From Candidatus Micrarchaeota archaeon (GTDB taxonomy: Archaea > Micrarchaeota > Micrarchaeia > Micrarchaeales > CABMGC01): DNA of 64,000 nucleotides. The position numbers and the translations under genes were made by a program. The notes under the pieces are model-generated. The model searched no databases and had not been told where the DNA came from. It worked only from the letters and a program-made list of their open reading frames with translations. The stretch is from assembly GCA_028866995.1 (NCBI GenBank), contig JAGWHD010000001.1, positions 465,030 through 529,029 on the forward strand. The letters are read 5' to 3'. Below, piece after piece: positions 36,478-47,128 of the stretch; the stretch's first letter is position 1, and the number at the start of each line of letters is the position of its first letter.

Positions 36478-37875
36478 TTGGAACAACCTGAGACATACGA
36501 CAAGGCCTACGCCAGAAAGGCGCTTATACTCTTCTCAGGCTTCATCATAATCGTCATGTACATAGAGACGATGCTGGTGCCGTCGCTGCCATCGATAGCC
36601 AGGAGCTACAACGCGACTCCTGCACAGATAAGCCTCATACTCTCCCTTTACCTCATATCCGGCATAGCGCTGAATCCCATAGTCGGCAGGCTTGCAGACA
36701 TATACGGCAAGAAGAAGATGCTCACATACATACTTCCCATATACACTGTCGCAGTCGGCATAACGGGCTTCGCCCCCAATCTCCCGTTCATATTCGTGGC
36801 AAGGTTCATACAGGGCATAGGGCTTACCATATTCCCCCTCGCGATGAGCCTGGTCAGGGAGCAGTTCCCAAGGGAGGAGATACCAAGGGCGCAGGGCATG
36901 CTCAGCGCCATGTTCGGCGTCGGTGCGGCCATAGGCCTTCCGATAGGCGCGTCGATATCGAATGCGTACGGCTGGCAGACCACGTATCATACCGCATTGC
37001 CTTTCGTAGCAATATTCACGGCGTTGATACTGATATACATAAAGGAGTCGAAGTACCTGAAGCCCAACATAAAGATCGACTACCTGGGGGCGGTGCTGCT
37101 TGCAGTTTCGCTAGCTGCGCTGGTCTTCGTGCTGTCCGAAGGCACGGCCATAGGATGGACATCGATGCCGATGATTGCACTGATGGCCATAGGCCTGGCT
37201 TCGCTTGCGGCCTTCCTCAAGTTCGACAGGAAGGACAGAGCATCTGTCATCGACTTCCCGATGCTAAGGAAGAGGAACATCCTGATATCAAACCTGATAG
37301 TGCTAGTAGTCGGGCTGAGCTTCTTCCTCGGTTACCAGGCATACGCATACGAATTCGAGTCTCCTGCACCTCTGGGATACGGCTTCGACATATCCCAGAC
37401 AGGGCTTGCCCTGGTCCCGTTCGCGATAACAAACATAATAATGGCGCCGATTGTCGGAAGGTCGGTATCGCGCATCGGCACTAAGCCATTCCTTTACATA
37501 GGCGCCATAATAACGATACTTGGCTTTGCAGTGTCTGCGTACGTGCACAGCTCGCTCATGCTGATATTCGGGGCCGCTATAGTGGGCGCAGGATTGTCGA
37601 TGCTCCAGGTATCTCTCATAAACGTCCTCGTATTCAGCGTCAACCCGGCAGACATGGGCCTCGCGACGTCGATGAACACCGTATTCAGGTTCATAGGCGC
37701 CGCGCTGGGGGCACCCATAGCGGGAGTGATGATAGCCGAGATAGCCTCAAGGGAGGCCTTCGTCTATTCATTCCTGATAGGCATACTGGGCTTCGCGATA
37801 ATACTCGCGATATCGTTCTACGCGCACGAGGTCCTCGGCAGGCACAAGAAGGAGATGGCGCAGTTCAACTACTGA
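36478..37875 (+). CDS. MFS transporter (14-TMS DHA2/EmrB-like)
   Basis: TTG start, the MFS motif GRLADIYGKKKM and about 14 hydrophobic segments. Confidence 0.8.
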   Translation: MEQPETYDKAYARKALILFSGFIIIVMYIETMLVPSLPSIARSYNATPAQISLILSLYLISGIALNPIVGRLADIYGKKKMLTYILPIYTVAVGITGFAPNLPFIFVARFIQGIGLTIFPLAMSLVREQFPREEIPRAQGMLSAMFGVGAAIGLPIGASISNAYGWQTTYHTALPFVAIFTALILIYIKESKYLKPNIKIDYLGAVLLAVSLAALVFVLSEGTAIGWTSMPMIALMAIGLASLAAFLKFDRKDRASVIDFPMLRKRNILISNLIVLVVGLSFFLGYQAYAYEFESPAPLGYGFDISQTGLALVPFAITNIIMAPIVGRSVSRIGTKPFLYIGAIITILGFAVSAYVHSSLMLIFGAAIVGAGLSMLQVSLINVLVFSVNPADMGLATSMNTVFRFIGAALGAPIAGVMIAEIASREAFVYSFLIGILGFAIILAISFYAHEVLGRHKKEMAQFNY

Positions 37876-38636
37876 TCTCCGTTCTCTAGGAAGTCGCTTA
37901 TCTTGAGCTGCCTTATGATGTCTATGGTCTTCCAGCGCTCGCGTATGTAAGGTGTCACAGTCTTGTCCTTCAGGTACGTCCTCAGCGCGTCAACCGTCTT
38001 CATGTCGGACGGATAGCCAGAGCCTATGTCTATGCCCAGCTTCTCCTTTATCCTGTCTATCTCGTCGTCGCGCTCCACCTTCGCCATTATGCTCGCGCAC
38101 GAGACCACGGGATACCTCAGATCCGCCTTGTGCTCAGCAATCAGCGTTATCCTCTTCTGGTTTATCTCAGGAGTAGGTGTCTTTGCCTTCACCTTGGTCC
38201 CGAAGACCCTCATGCTCAGGTTCGAGAAGAGGCTCACCCGTATCCCGAACCTCTCCGATACTACATCAGGCGAGTCAAGGTATATCTTGGAAGGGTACTC
38301 CTTTAGCGAGTCTATCAACTTCGCGAAGTTGAGCGCCTCCAGCTCGTTTAGCGACATGCCTCCTTGCATAGCCCTGTTTATCTCGTCGTTGCCTATCTTG
38401 TATACCTTGACATCCTCAGCAATCGAATGTATCTCATCAACAAGGAACTCGCGCTTCCTCCTGGTGAGCAGCTTGGAATCCCTGACCCCGATCCTTGAGA
38501 GCTTTGCCTCCTTGCCCTTGCTTATGCTCACGACGCTTACAGTAAGGGGTCCAAAAACAGCGCCTCTACCGGCTTCGTCGCCGCCGGCGATTATTATCCT
38601 AACACCTTGGTTATCAGAAACCCTTCTTGTCAACAA
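37869..38636 (-). CDS. rnhB: ribonuclease HII
   Basis: GGDEAGRGAVFGPL catalytic N-terminal motif and DSKLL. Confidence 0.8.
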   Translation of the reverse strand: MLTRRVSDNQGVRIIIAGGDEAGRGAVFGPLTVSVVSISKGKEAKLSRIGVRDSKLLTRRKREFLVDEIHSIAEDVKVYKIGNDEINRAMQGGMSLNELEALNFAKLIDSLKEYPSKIYLDSPDVVSERFGIRVSLFSNLSMRVFGTKVKAKTPTPEINQKRITLIAEHKADLRYPVVSCASIMAKVERDDEIDRIKEKLGIDIGSGYPSDMKTVDALRTYLKDKTVTPYIRERWKTIDIIRQLKISDFLENGDQ

Positions 38637-38886
38637 CTATGAAGTCGTTGACAGCCATGACGCTTGAATATGGCACGCTGAGCTTCCCTCCCTTCACGTT
38701 GAGCTTGTTGACGAACTCGCTGTCGACATTCGGCTCTATCACAAGAGCCGCAAGCTTGCCGTTCGTCTCGTTGACTTCAGCGTCAACGAACTTGCCAACA
38801 TCAAACCCATCGCTTGTCACAACTTCCTTCCCTACAAGTTGCTCTGCTATAACGTATTTTACCATATCAGCACCATTCTCGAGCAA
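38614..38886 (-). CDS. PRC-barrel domain protein
   Basis: LVGKEVVTSDGFDVGKFVDAEVNETNGKLAALVI is a typical PRC barrel. Confidence 0.6.
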   Translation of the reverse strand: MLENGADMVKYVIAEQLVGKEVVTSDGFDVGKFVDAEVNETNGKLAALVIEPNVDSEFVNKLNVKGGKLSVPYSSVMAVNDFIVVDKKGF

Positions 38887-38946
38887 ATATACAAATGCTT
38901 TAATATTTATATATCCATATCCCAGTTGCGACGACGGGTTTTCGCC

Positions 38947-39288
38947 ATGGCAGACTCGATTGGCACCCTATTTTTCAAGGATAAGCAGGTCAGGCTACTC
39001 CTCACGCTGAGCAACGCCTCAAGGGAATGGCACATTGCGGACCTCGCGAAGGAGGCCAAGGTCACGTACATACACACGACAAAGTTCATCAACAAGTGCG
39101 AGCAGATGGGGATAATACAGACAGAGAGGCACGGAAGGATGAAGAGGCTCTACCTCACCAACAAGGGCACCTCCATAGCCAAGGAGATAACCACGACGAT
39201 GGACAAGGTGACGAACAGCAGCTACGAGGAGCCGCCACCGCAGCCGAAACCGGAAGAGCAGCAGCCTTCTAAGAAACAGGAAGCGTGA
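38947..39288 (+). CDS. winged-helix transcriptional regulator (MarR/TrmB-like)
   Basis: The ATG at 38947 (MADSIG) was chosen. HIADLAKEAKVTYIHTTKFINKCEQMGIIQTERHGRMKRLYLT forms an HTH plus wing. Confidence 0.5.
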   Translation: MADSIGTLFFKDKQVRLLLTLSNASREWHIADLAKEAKVTYIHTTKFINKCEQMGIIQTERHGRMKRLYLTNKGTSIAKEITTTMDKVTNSSYEEPPPQPKPEEQQPSKKQEA

Positions 39289-39295
39289 GAGCTGA

Positions 39296-39532
39296 CTACC
39301 AGCTGCATGCCTTTTGCGAAAGCCTCACTCCCCTATCCTCAATCCTCCTCCTGAGCCAACTCAACTCCTTGGCCTTCTCCAGTCTTCCCACCTTGAAGCA
39401 GTCGAGCGATTCCCTAGATAAGGCCGCTGAAGACCTGTAGGCATGCCTTGCCGCCAGTTCGAAAGCGCCCCTATCCCTCGCGGCGTTTGATCTAAGTAGA
39501 TGATCGCGCGCATCTGCTATGTTGCTCGCCAT
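39296..39532 (-). CDS. hypothetical small helical protein
   Basis: An ORF only. The start is placed at MASNIAD to avoid overlapping the upstream gene. No motif. Confidence 0.3.
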   Translation of the reverse strand: MASNIADARDHLLRSNAARDRGAFELAARHAYRSSAALSRESLDCFKVGRLEKAKELSWLRRRIEDRGVRLSQKACSW

Positions 39533-39569
39533 GTCAAACAAAAGCAGATGAAATTTCCTGATATTTAAA

Positions 39570-39983
39570 CTACACTGCTTCAACTATTGTCCTCTTCTTC
39601 ATCGCGTTGAGGACATGCGCATAATCCCTGTAATGGACGAACGCTGTTATGGTGAGCGTGTACTCCCCCTTGTCCGTCCCAGAATCTCCGAAAAGCCCTA
39701 TTATCGCGTCCTTCTCCTCGTCAGGCGCGAGCGTTCCGAGCCTTACCTCCTTCTGCTTGGTGAACCCGGTCTCGTCAAGGCTTATCCTCTCAGGAACTTC
39801 AACTACCACAGAGCTCACGACAGGCTCTCCCGTCTGGTTCTTCAGGCTTATCCTTAGGCTTGAGCTGCTCCTGACGTTTGCCTTCATCTTGTATGGCACG
39901 AGCTCGGTCTTTATCGCGTACGGCATCTGCCTGCCGAGGTCCTTTGATACGTCCTTCTTTCCGAATAGGTCGAAGAATCCCAT
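39570..39983 (-). CDS. hypothetical protein (beta-rich, Ig-like?)
   Basis: An ORF with coherent codon usage. No motif recognised. Confidence 0.4.
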   Translation of the reverse strand: MGFFDLFGKKDVSKDLGRQMPYAIKTELVPYKMKANVRSSSSLRISLKNQTGEPVVSSVVVEVPERISLDETGFTKQKEVRLGTLAPDEEKDAIIGLFGDSGTDKGEYTLTITAFVHYRDYAHVLNAMKKRTIVEAV

Positions 39984-40037
39984 TGAAATCACTAATCGCC
40001 TGATTGAAATGCTGCGGATACTTATTTAATGCTTATT

Positions 40038-40763
40038 CTAGAGCGGATCAAGTGTTATGCCTATGCGCTTGCTGTGCTTGCCGTTGTTCTCGAACTTCGT
40101 CAGCCTTATCGTGCCCACCTCCTTGGTCGATTGGACGTGGGTGCCGCCGTCGTTCTGGATGTCCAATCCCTCGATCTCTATCACTCGTATGGTGTCGAGG
40201 CTCTTGAGAAGGTCGTCTCCTGGCATGGTCCTGGACAGGTTAGGTATGGACCTTGCTTCTTCCTGGCTCAGGAACTTCGCTGTCACCTTCCTGTCCTCAA
40301 GCGCCACCGCGTTAGAATCGGCTATTATCTTTTCCGCCATCTCCCTGTTGAAGCCCTCGACGTCGAAGTCCATCCTCGCCCTGTCCTCGTATATCTGGCC
40401 TCCGGTGCTCCTGCCGTTGGGGTCGTACTTCGTGACTATGATGCCTATGATTATGTGGAGAGCGGTATGGTGGCGCATGAGCCTGTACCTCCTGTCCCAG
40501 TCTATCGAGCAGTGAACCGTTGTCCCTGGCCTTATGACGCATTCCTTGTCCAGCGTATGGAATATCTCGCCGTTCTCCTCCTTGACATCGGTGACACTGA
40601 ACTCATCGGATTCAAGGATTATCTTGCCTGTGTCGTTCTGCTGCCCTCCGCTGGTCGGATAGAAAGCGGTCTTGTCCAATACGAGCGTATTCCCGTGCGT
40701 CCTGACTACCTCCGCATCGAATGCGTGAAGGTATGGATCCCTCCAGTAGAGCTTGTCGGTCAT
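40038..40763 (-). CDS. alaX: alanyl-tRNA editing protein AlaX-M
   Basis: MTDKLYWRDPY...DKTAFYPTSGGQQNDTG and the zinc motifs HTALH and GGTH. The upstream part of the ORF is implausible. Confidence 0.75.
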   Translation of the reverse strand: MTDKLYWRDPYLHAFDAEVVRTHGNTLVLDKTAFYPTSGGQQNDTGKIILESDEFSVTDVKEENGEIFHTLDKECVIRPGTTVHCSIDWDRRYRLMRHHTALHIIIGIIVTKYDPNGRSTGGQIYEDRARMDFDVEGFNREMAEKIIADSNAVALEDRKVTAKFLSQEEARSIPNLSRTMPGDDLLKSLDTIRVIEIEGLDIQNDGGTHVQSTKEVGTIRLTKFENNGKHSKRIGITLDPL

Positions 40764-40786
40764 AAACCCCATCATACTGGGCACGC

Positions 40787-40800
40787 TAATAAATTTATAT
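40787..40800. promoter_or_regulatory. candidate shared TATA element (TAATAAATTTATAT) of divergent alaX / rnhA
   Basis: This is the only AT-rich box in the 55-nt divergent spacer. Its centre lies about 24-26 nt upstream of the rnhA ATG (40819) and about 24-37 nt upstream of the alaX start (40763). Confidence 0.35.
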
Positions 40801-40818
40801 CCAGTATATTCTCGTGAT

Positions 40819-41256
40819 ATGATGCTGATAACGATATACACCGACGGCGCCTCAAGGTCCAATCCGGGAGAGAGCGCATCAGGGTACCAGATGCTTGACG
40901 ACAAGGGGAAGACGCTCATCGAGAAGGAGTTCTACAACGGCGTAAGGACCAACAACGAAGCTGAGTACTTGGCGATAATAGCGGCCCTGGAGGCTGCAGG
41001 GAACCTCTACGGCTTACAGAACGAGATAAGGCTCTTCTCTGATAGCCAACTGGTCGTTAAGCAGATAAACGGCGAGTTCAAGATCAAGGGCGACAACCTG
41101 AAGGCGCTGAACCTGAAGGCTAGGGCGCTGGCAAAGAGGTTCCAGGCATGCTCGCTGGGCAACGTCCCGAGGGAAGAGAAGCACATATCGCAGGTCGACA
41201 AACGGCTCAACCTGCTTCTCGACGAGAGGGCTAAAAAAGTATATAAACCACAATAA
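40819..41256 (+). CDS. rnhA: ribonuclease HI
   Basis: IYTDGASRSNPG, NNEAEYLAIIAAL and FSDSQLVV carry the DEDD catalytic residues. Confidence 0.8.
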   Translation: MMLITIYTDGASRSNPGESASGYQMLDDKGKTLIEKEFYNGVRTNNEAEYLAIIAALEAAGNLYGLQNEIRLFSDSQLVVKQINGEFKIKGDNLKALNLKARALAKRFQACSLGNVPREEKHISQVDKRLNLLLDERAKKVYKPQ

Positions 41257-41266
41257 AGAGGTAGTA

Positions 41267-42775
41267 GTGATAGCTTTGGCAGCAGAAGAGAAGGAGAGCT
41301 CAGAGCAGCAGAAAAAGGACACCGGCAATCCGAAGGCTAAGGAGCTCTACAAGAAGGCTGGAACCTTCTTCGAGGACAACAAGTTCGAGGAGGCGATAGA
41401 CCTATACTCGCAGGCGATAGAGGAGGATCCGAAATACTCGAGCGCATACTTCAACAGGGCACTCTCCTATGCGATACTCAACAAGTACGAGGAGGCCACA
41501 AGGGACGCTGAGCACGTTCTCGAGATAGAGCCTGAGAGCTACGACGCGCCGTACGTCATGGGGATAATAGCGGAGTACCAGCAGGACTACGAAGGCGCAA
41601 AGGAATGGTACCAGGCGGCACTGGCCAAGAACCCGAAGTACGAGCAGGCGAAGGCCAGGCTGGAGCAGCTGAAGAGCAAGTCCAAGAGGCATCCCGAGGC
41701 TGAGAGCTCCACTGCGGAGATAAAGGAGACGCAGACCGAGGACGGCCAGATCAAGAAGGTCAAGTGGCACAAGTCGAAGATCAACTTCAAGGACGTAGTG
41801 GGCATGAAGAGGGAGAAGAAGCTGATACACGAGAACATAATACTTGCGATAAAGAAGCCTGAGCTGCTGAAGGCGTACGGCAAGAAGCTGGGCCTCGGCG
41901 TCATCTTCTACGGCCCGCCGGGGTGTGGAAAAACATTTTTTGTAAATGCAATAGGTGGGGAGACCGGCGCCAACGTGCTGATTGCGAGGATAAACGAGAT
42001 AGTGGACATGTACGCAGGCAATACTGAGAAGAACATGCACGCCATATTCGAGCAGGCTAGGAAGGCAGCTCCATGCGTAGTATTCTTCGACGAGCTAGAC
42101 GCACTTGGAGTCAAGAGGGGCGGCGGAGACGGCGGTGGCGGCGGAGACGGCGGAGGGCAGAGCTTCATGCGCATGGCTGTCAACCAGTTCCTCCAGGAGA
42201 TGGACGGAGTAGAGACGAATCCTGAAGGACTTTTCGTCATAGGGGCAACCAACCAACCTTGGGACATTGATCCTGCATTGAAGAGGAGCAAGAGATTCGG
42301 CGAAGCAATATACATCCCTCCACCCGACTACGCGACAAGGCGCGAGGCATTCAAGTACAACACCAGGAACATGCCTCTGGCGCACATAAGCTACGGCAGG
42401 CTCGCAAGAGCAACGATGGGCTTCTCGCAGGCAGACATCGAGGAGATCTGCGATAAGGCAGCCCTCATACCTGCAGCGGAGGAGGACAGGACCGGCAAGA
42501 GAAGGAAGATAACGATGAAGGACTTCCTGAGCATGATAAGGACGCACGGGAATACGCTGGACGAATGGTACGCGATGGTCAGGAAGGACATAATCAACAA
42601 GCGCGAGACGCAGATAGTCGACGGCAAGAAGCAGGAGATAGTCAAGGAGGGAAAACTATCACCTGAGGAGAAGTCGAGGTACAAGAAGATGGTGAAGGAC
42701 GTGAAGAGGAATGCGAGTCCCTTCTACATATTCGTCAAGAGGTTCGTCAGGAGCTTCTCGCTCTACGTCATCTGA
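41267..42775 (+). CDS. TPR-repeat + single AAA+ ATPase
   Basis: GTG start, three N-terminal TPRs, Walker A GPPGCGKT, Walker B VVFFDELD, and sensor-1 region VIGATNQPWDID. Confidence 0.75.
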   Translation: MIALAAEEKESSEQQKKDTGNPKAKELYKKAGTFFEDNKFEEAIDLYSQAIEEDPKYSSAYFNRALSYAILNKYEEATRDAEHVLEIEPESYDAPYVMGIIAEYQQDYEGAKEWYQAALAKNPKYEQAKARLEQLKSKSKRHPEAESSTAEIKETQTEDGQIKKVKWHKSKINFKDVVGMKREKKLIHENIILAIKKPELLKAYGKKLGLGVIFYGPPGCGKTFFVNAIGGETGANVLIARINEIVDMYAGNTEKNMHAIFEQARKAAPCVVFFDELDALGVKRGGGDGGGGGDGGGQSFMRMAVNQFLQEMDGVETNPEGLFVIGATNQPWDIDPALKRSKRFGEAIYIPPPDYATRREAFKYNTRNMPLAHISYGRLARATMGFSQADIEEICDKAALIPAAEEDRTGKRRKITMKDFLSMIRTHGNTLDEWYAMVRKDIINKRETQIVDGKKQEIVKEGKLSPEEKSRYKKMVKDVKRNASPFYIFVKRFVRSFSLYVI

Positions 42776-42808
42776 AGGCAGGAGTTCTGCAAGCCTTTAA
42801 AAACATTC

Positions 42809-43552
42809 ATGGCAATTACTCTTTCATCAGAAACCGTACAGACGGAAAAAGGCGCAACCACTCTGATGAAAATGGCAAATGCTCTGAATCTCAGCAGCAG
42901 CGATGTATCAAGGAGGAACAACGGCCAGAGACTGGACGAGAGCATACTCAAGAGCGTCATTAGGAACAACTGGCAGTCGAAGATGGATGCAAGCGAGAGG
43001 CACGTTAACAAAAAGCTCCTGGAGGAGATAGAGCAGCATGCATCCAACATGTACGGGATACTCAACGGCTACGACTACGAAGCGCTCTGCATACCGAACA
43101 TAATGGCAAACGCCAAGCACATGTCTAAGGAAGACTTCAGGACATACCTGAGGCTCATGGAGTCGATGGCGATAGGCTACAGCAACCTCCTCGACAGGGA
43201 GATCGCCAACCTGCTGATGATAGGCCTTACGTCGAAGACGAGGAACCTTGGGTCGGCGCAGAGGTACTTCGAGCTCCTGTCAAAGGACATAGAGCAGCGG
43301 GTCGGCATCTACAATAGGATAATAGAGAGGCACGGCAGGAAGTCAGACGCGATGCTCGCTAGGCTGAAGACAACAGAGCGCAACATCTTCAGGATATTCA
43401 TGAAGAGGAGGATAAGGGTCATAAAGAAGGCGATATCGAAAAGCGCCTCTAAGAAGCAGAGGTTCGAGGAGAAGAAGATAAGGTACTCGAAGCTCATGAG
43501 CGACGTCAGGCAGAGGGCATCACCTCCAAATCCTCCGCAGACGGGCACCTGA
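42809..43552 (+). CDS. hypothetical helical/coiled-coil protein
   Basis: An ORF only, with a basic C-terminus. Confidence 0.4.
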   Translation: MAITLSSETVQTEKGATTLMKMANALNLSSSDVSRRNNGQRLDESILKSVIRNNWQSKMDASERHVNKKLLEEIEQHASNMYGILNGYDYEALCIPNIMANAKHMSKEDFRTYLRLMESMAIGYSNLLDREIANLLMIGLTSKTRNLGSAQRYFELLSKDIEQRVGIYNRIIERHGRKSDAMLARLKTTERNIFRIFMKRRIRVIKKAISKSASKKQRFEEKKIRYSKLMSDVRQRASPPNPPQTGT

Positions 43553-43638
43553 CAACGGCAACATAAAAACCTTCAACATATTCCATCGTCTCTTATTTAA
43601 GCAATAACTTTATTAAGTAGTAACTTTACAACATCTCT

Positions 43639-43965
43639 ATGGATGCATTCTACGCCCTTGCAGAGCCCAGGAGAAGGAGGATAATGGAGATACTTGCTGG
43701 GAAGGGGAGACTATCAGCAACAGACATATACAGCAACTTCGACATAAGCCCGCAGGCGATATCCCAGCATCTGAAGGTGCTTCTTGATTCAAAGCTGTTG
43801 AGGATGGAGAAGAGGGCACAGCAGCACATCTACGAGATAAACCCGGATTCGGTCATGAGGATTGGGGAATGGTCAAGGGAGACGCTAAGGATGTGGAACG
43901 GACGCCTCGACAGACTTGACAGGGTGCTTGAGGATGAGAAGAAAAAGAGCGCTAAAAAAAGATGA
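43639..43965 (+). CDS. ArsR-family transcriptional regulator
   Basis: [14 protein letters not shown]...[13 protein letters not shown] is the classic ArsR HTH. Confidence 0.75.
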   Translation: MDAFYALAEPRRRRIMEILAGKGRLSATDIYSNFDISPQAISQHLKVLLDSKLLRMEKRAQQHIYEINPDSVMRIGEWSRETLRMWNGRLDRLDRVLEDEKKKSAKKR

Positions 43966-43969
43966 TGGA

Positions 43970-44383
43970 ATGGCAACGAACAAGAGCGGATTGTCGAAGG
44001 AGGAGATCGCTGCGATGAAGGAGACTCTCGAAGAGCGGAAGAGCGGCGCAGGCGAAGGGGAGGGCGCCGTGCTCAAGAAGATAAACCAGATGCCCGAGCC
44101 AGACCGCAGCATGGGCAAGAGGATCCACCAGGTCGTGATGGCAAGCGCGCCGTCCCTGGCGCCAAGGACCTGGTACGGGATGCCTGCGTATTCCAAGGAT
44201 GACAAGGTGATCTGCTTCTTCCAGAATGCAAGCAAGTTCAAGGCAAGATATGCGACGTTCGGCTTCAGCGACAAGGCCCATCTTGACGAGGGCGCAATGT
44301 GGCCCACATCCTTCGCTATAAAGAAGCTGACAGCGTCAGAAGAGGCAAGGATCGCGGCATTGGTGAAGAAGGCCGTAGGCTGA
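43970..44383 (+). CDS. DUF1801 (YdhG-like) domain protein
   Basis: The ATG at 43970 was chosen. [17 protein letters not shown]...FGFSD is a DUF1801-type pattern. Confidence 0.6.
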   Translation: MATNKSGLSKEEIAAMKETLEERKSGAGEGEGAVLKKINQMPEPDRSMGKRIHQVVMASAPSLAPRTWYGMPAYSKDDKVICFFQNASKFKARYATFGFSDKAHLDEGAMWPTSFAIKKLTASEEARIAALVKKAVG

Positions 44384-44403
44384 ATGCTGAAAAGGTGATT
44401 GGA

Positions 44404-44892
44404 ATGGCGAACGAAACTAAGGAGCTGACAATAACGCGCGTCTTCGACGCGCCAGTTGATCTTGTCTGGAAGGCATGGACAGACAAGAAGATACTGCAGA
44501 GATGGTGGGGCCCCAAGGGGGTGACGAACCCGACGTGCGAATGGGACGCGAGAAAGAATGGCAAGATCTACATAGTGATGCTTGCAGGAAAAGAGCTGGG
44601 CCCAGCGGAAGGGATGAAATGGCCCATGAAAGGGACGTTCAAGGAGGTAGTGCCTATGAAGAGGCTGGTATTCACCGGAGGAGCGCTTGACGATGTGGAC
44701 AGGAGCAGCAACACCTTCATAGAGAACGAGACCACTGTAGATTTCGAGGACATGAACGGAAAGACGAAGATGGTGCTGCGCATTGTGGTCACCAAGGCCG
44801 AAGGGCCAAAGGCTCCAGGAGCGCTTCAGGGAATGGCCATGGGGTGGAACCAGCAGGTGGACAAGCTGGGGGAGCTCCTTCAGGCATTCTGA
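44404..44892 (+). CDS. SRPBCC / Aha1-like (activator of Hsp90 ATPase homolog) domain protein
   Basis: LTITRVFDAPVDLVWKAWTD...RWWGPKG is typical of the AHSA1/SRPBCC family, which is commonly linked to ArsR. Confidence 0.7.
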   Translation: MANETKELTITRVFDAPVDLVWKAWTDKKILQRWWGPKGVTNPTCEWDARKNGKIYIVMLAGKELGPAEGMKWPMKGTFKEVVPMKRLVFTGGALDDVDRSSNTFIENETTVDFEDMNGKTKMVLRIVVTKAEGPKAPGALQGMAMGWNQQVDKLGELLQAF

Positions 44893-44898
44893 CACGAT

Positions 44899-46971
44899 TC
44901 ATCGCGGCCTGAACCTTGCAAGCAGGAGCGAGTTCGTGACAACAGTAACGGAGCTGAATGCCATCGCGAACGCAGCCAGCAGCGGCAGGAAGCTGTAGAT
45001 GCTTATCGTAAACAGGGGTATGAGGGCTCCAGCTGCCACAGGTATCAGTATTGCATTGTAGCCGAAGGCCCAGAAGAGGTTCTGCCTTATCTTCGACATT
45101 GTCCTCTTGCCCAGCTCCAGCGCAACGTATGCGTCGTATATGCTGTTCCTTATCAGGATTATGCCGCCTGCCTGCACCGCAACCTCAGTCCCTGCTCCTA
45201 TTGCTATGCCCAGGTCCGCCTTGGTAAGAGCAGGAGCGTCGTTCACGCCATCTCCCACCATTGCGACTACCTTGCCTGATCTCTGCAGCTCCGCGATCTT
45301 CTCCATCTTCTGCTCCGGCTTTGACTGAGCTATTACGTTCTTTATGCCAAGCTGCCTTGCGACAGCCTTGGCAACGCGTTCATTATCCCCGGTGACGAGC
45401 CACACCTCCTTCCCGGAGCCCTGAAGCGCCTCTATGGCCTTCCTGCTGTCATCCTTCAGCACGTCAGCCAGTGCTATAAGCCCTATTATCTTACCATCGA
45501 CGCCAACTATCAGCGTCGTTTTCCCGTCAGCCTCCAGCTTCTGGAGCCTTCTCTCAGGTCCATCTGGCAGCTCCTTGCCGAACAGCTCCCTGTTGCCTAC
45601 CATTATCTTCCTGCCACCCTTGTCGATCGCTGTTATCCCGAAACCCTGCTTATAGCTGAACCTCTTCGGGAACTCTGCCCTTATCCTTTCCTTGCCTGCC
45701 CTGCCGACTATCGACCTGCCGAGCACGTGCTCCGAATTCATCTCGGCAACTGCAGCGAGCCCGAGCACCTGCTTCTCGCTGTATGTCGAGAGCGTTACTA
45801 TGTCGGTGACCTCTGGTTTTCCTTTTGTAAGCGTCCCCGTCTTGTCAAGGACAACCGCATCAACCCTGCTTGCCGTCTGCAGGCTCTCCCCGCTCTTTAC
45901 GAGTATGCCCTCCTTGGCGGCCTTTCCAGAAGAGACAAGGAGCGCCGCAGGAGTAGCAATGCCAAGCGCGCACGGGCATGCGATGATAAGCACGCTTACG
46001 AATATGAGCAAGGCAACGTTGAGCCCAACTCCTCCCACGAAATACCATGCAAGCGCAGCCACAACGCCTATCAGCACCACTGTCGGGACGAAATAGGACG
46101 ATACTGTGTCGGCAAGCTTCTGTATCGGTACCTTGCTCGAAGCCGCATCCCTGACTATCCTCACTATCTGCGCCAGCGCTGTGTCCTCGCCCACCTTCGT
46201 TGCCTTTATCCTCAGCGAACTGGTGGAGTTTATGGTCCCTCCTATAACCTTATCACCTTTTCTCTTTGTGACAGGTATGCTCTCGCCCGTGATCATCGAC
46301 TCGTCAACTGAGCTTTCGCCTTCAACGACAACGGAATCCGTAGGTATCCTCTCGCCAGGCCTGACAAGGAGCACATCGCCTTCCCTGATACGCTCTATCT
46401 GGACGTCCGTTATCCTGCTTCCCTTTACCAGGTGCGCTGTCTTCGGCTGCATCGCCACTAGCGCGGATACAGCATTGGACGCCCGCTCCTCAGCAATCCT
46501 CTGCATGTAAGTTCCGGTAAGTATTAGCGATATGATTATCGTCGACGTGTCGAAATAGATGCCGCCTGTGGGGAAGGCTGCAGGGAAGAGCACGACGACT
46601 GTGCTGTACATCCACGCCGCGCTTGTGCCTATCGCTATAAGCGTATCCATGTTTGCAGATCTGTTCTTCACCGCATCGATTATGCCCGCATAGAACCTCT
46701 GCCCGGCATAGAACTGGACTATGCTGGCCAGCGCAAGCATCGCATAGCCGCTATATCCAACGTGCAGTACGTACGTGAGCATGGCAACTATTGCTGTCAG
46801 CGGCCATGAGACTATGAGGGCGCGTCTCAGGGTCCTCATCTCAAGCTCAGGCTTGTCGAACTGGAGCTTGCAGCTTGTGCTGCAGAAATAGTACTTCCTG
46901 CCCTCGCGCACGCTGTCCAGCTCCGTGCTCTTCTCATCGACATACATACCGCATACCGGATCAGTGGCCAC
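44899..46971 (-). CDS. copA: copper-translocating P1B-type ATPase with N-terminal TRASH/YHS-type metal-binding domain
   Basis: GTG start. DPVCGM...YYFCSTSC N-domain, TGES, the CPC transmembrane motif (ACPCALG), DKTGT, HP-region and GDGVNDAP. Confidence 0.9.
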   Translation of the reverse strand: MATDPVCGMYVDEKSTELDSVREGRKYYFCSTSCKLQFDKPELEMRTLRRALIVSWPLTAIVAMLTYVLHVGYSGYAMLALASIVQFYAGQRFYAGIIDAVKNRSANMDTLIAIGTSAAWMYSTVVVLFPAAFPTGGIYFDTSTIIISLILTGTYMQRIAEERASNAVSALVAMQPKTAHLVKGSRITDVQIERIREGDVLLVRPGERIPTDSVVVEGESSVDESMITGESIPVTKRKGDKVIGGTINSTSSLRIKATKVGEDTALAQIVRIVRDAASSKVPIQKLADTVSSYFVPTVVLIGVVAALAWYFVGGVGLNVALLIFVSVLIIACPCALGIATPAALLVSSGKAAKEGILVKSGESLQTASRVDAVVLDKTGTLTKGKPEVTDIVTLSTYSEKQVLGLAAVAEMNSEHVLGRSIVGRAGKERIRAEFPKRFSYKQGFGITAIDKGGRKIMVGNRELFGKELPDGPERRLQKLEADGKTTLIVGVDGKIIGLIALADVLKDDSRKAIEALQGSGKEVWLVTGDNERVAKAVARQLGIKNVIAQSKPEQKMEKIAELQRSGKVVAMVGDGVNDAPALTKADLGIAIGAGTEVAVQAGGIILIRNSIYDAYVALELGKRTMSKIRQNLFWAFGYNAILIPVAAGALIPLFTISIYSFLPLLAAFAMAFSSVTVVTNSLLLARFRPR

Positions 46972-47121
46972 TCATCTCACCCAGACGTGCCTTTCGGCCT
47001 CCATCGACTGCCTGCCTATCTCAAGGTTGCAGCTGTGGTGCGCAGAGCACCATGCGTAGCATCTGTCAGCCAGCTCCCTGCTCCTGTAATGCAGCCCGCA
47101 TATAGTGCACTTATACTCCAT
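46972..47121 (-). CDS. 49-aa Cys/His-rich protein (not in the ORF track, below its length cut-off)
   Basis: My own translation is MEYKCTICGLHYRSRELADRCYAWCSAHHSCNLEIGRQSMEAERHVWVR. Its TGA stop abuts the copA GTG start. Confidence 0.4.
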   Translation of the reverse strand: MEYKCTICGLHYRSRELADRCYAWCSAHHSCNLEIGRQSMEAERHVWVR

Positions 47122-47128
47122 GGCGCAG

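Noticed and set aside
39296-39532. A 78-aa helical ORF considered as a HEPN-like toxin next to the wHTH gene.
   Set aside because: No R-x4-6-H motif is present and it is too short for a HEPN domain. It is kept only as a low-confidence hypothetical CDS.
42110-42165. Gly-rich insertion KRGGGDGGGGGDGGGQ (GGC/GGA repeats) in the TPR-AAA ATPase.
   Set aside because: Cdc48-type AAA domains commonly carry a Gly/Asp-rich loop at exactly this position, between Walker B and the ...Q.L.EMDG helix. It is not a microsatellite or a frameshift site.
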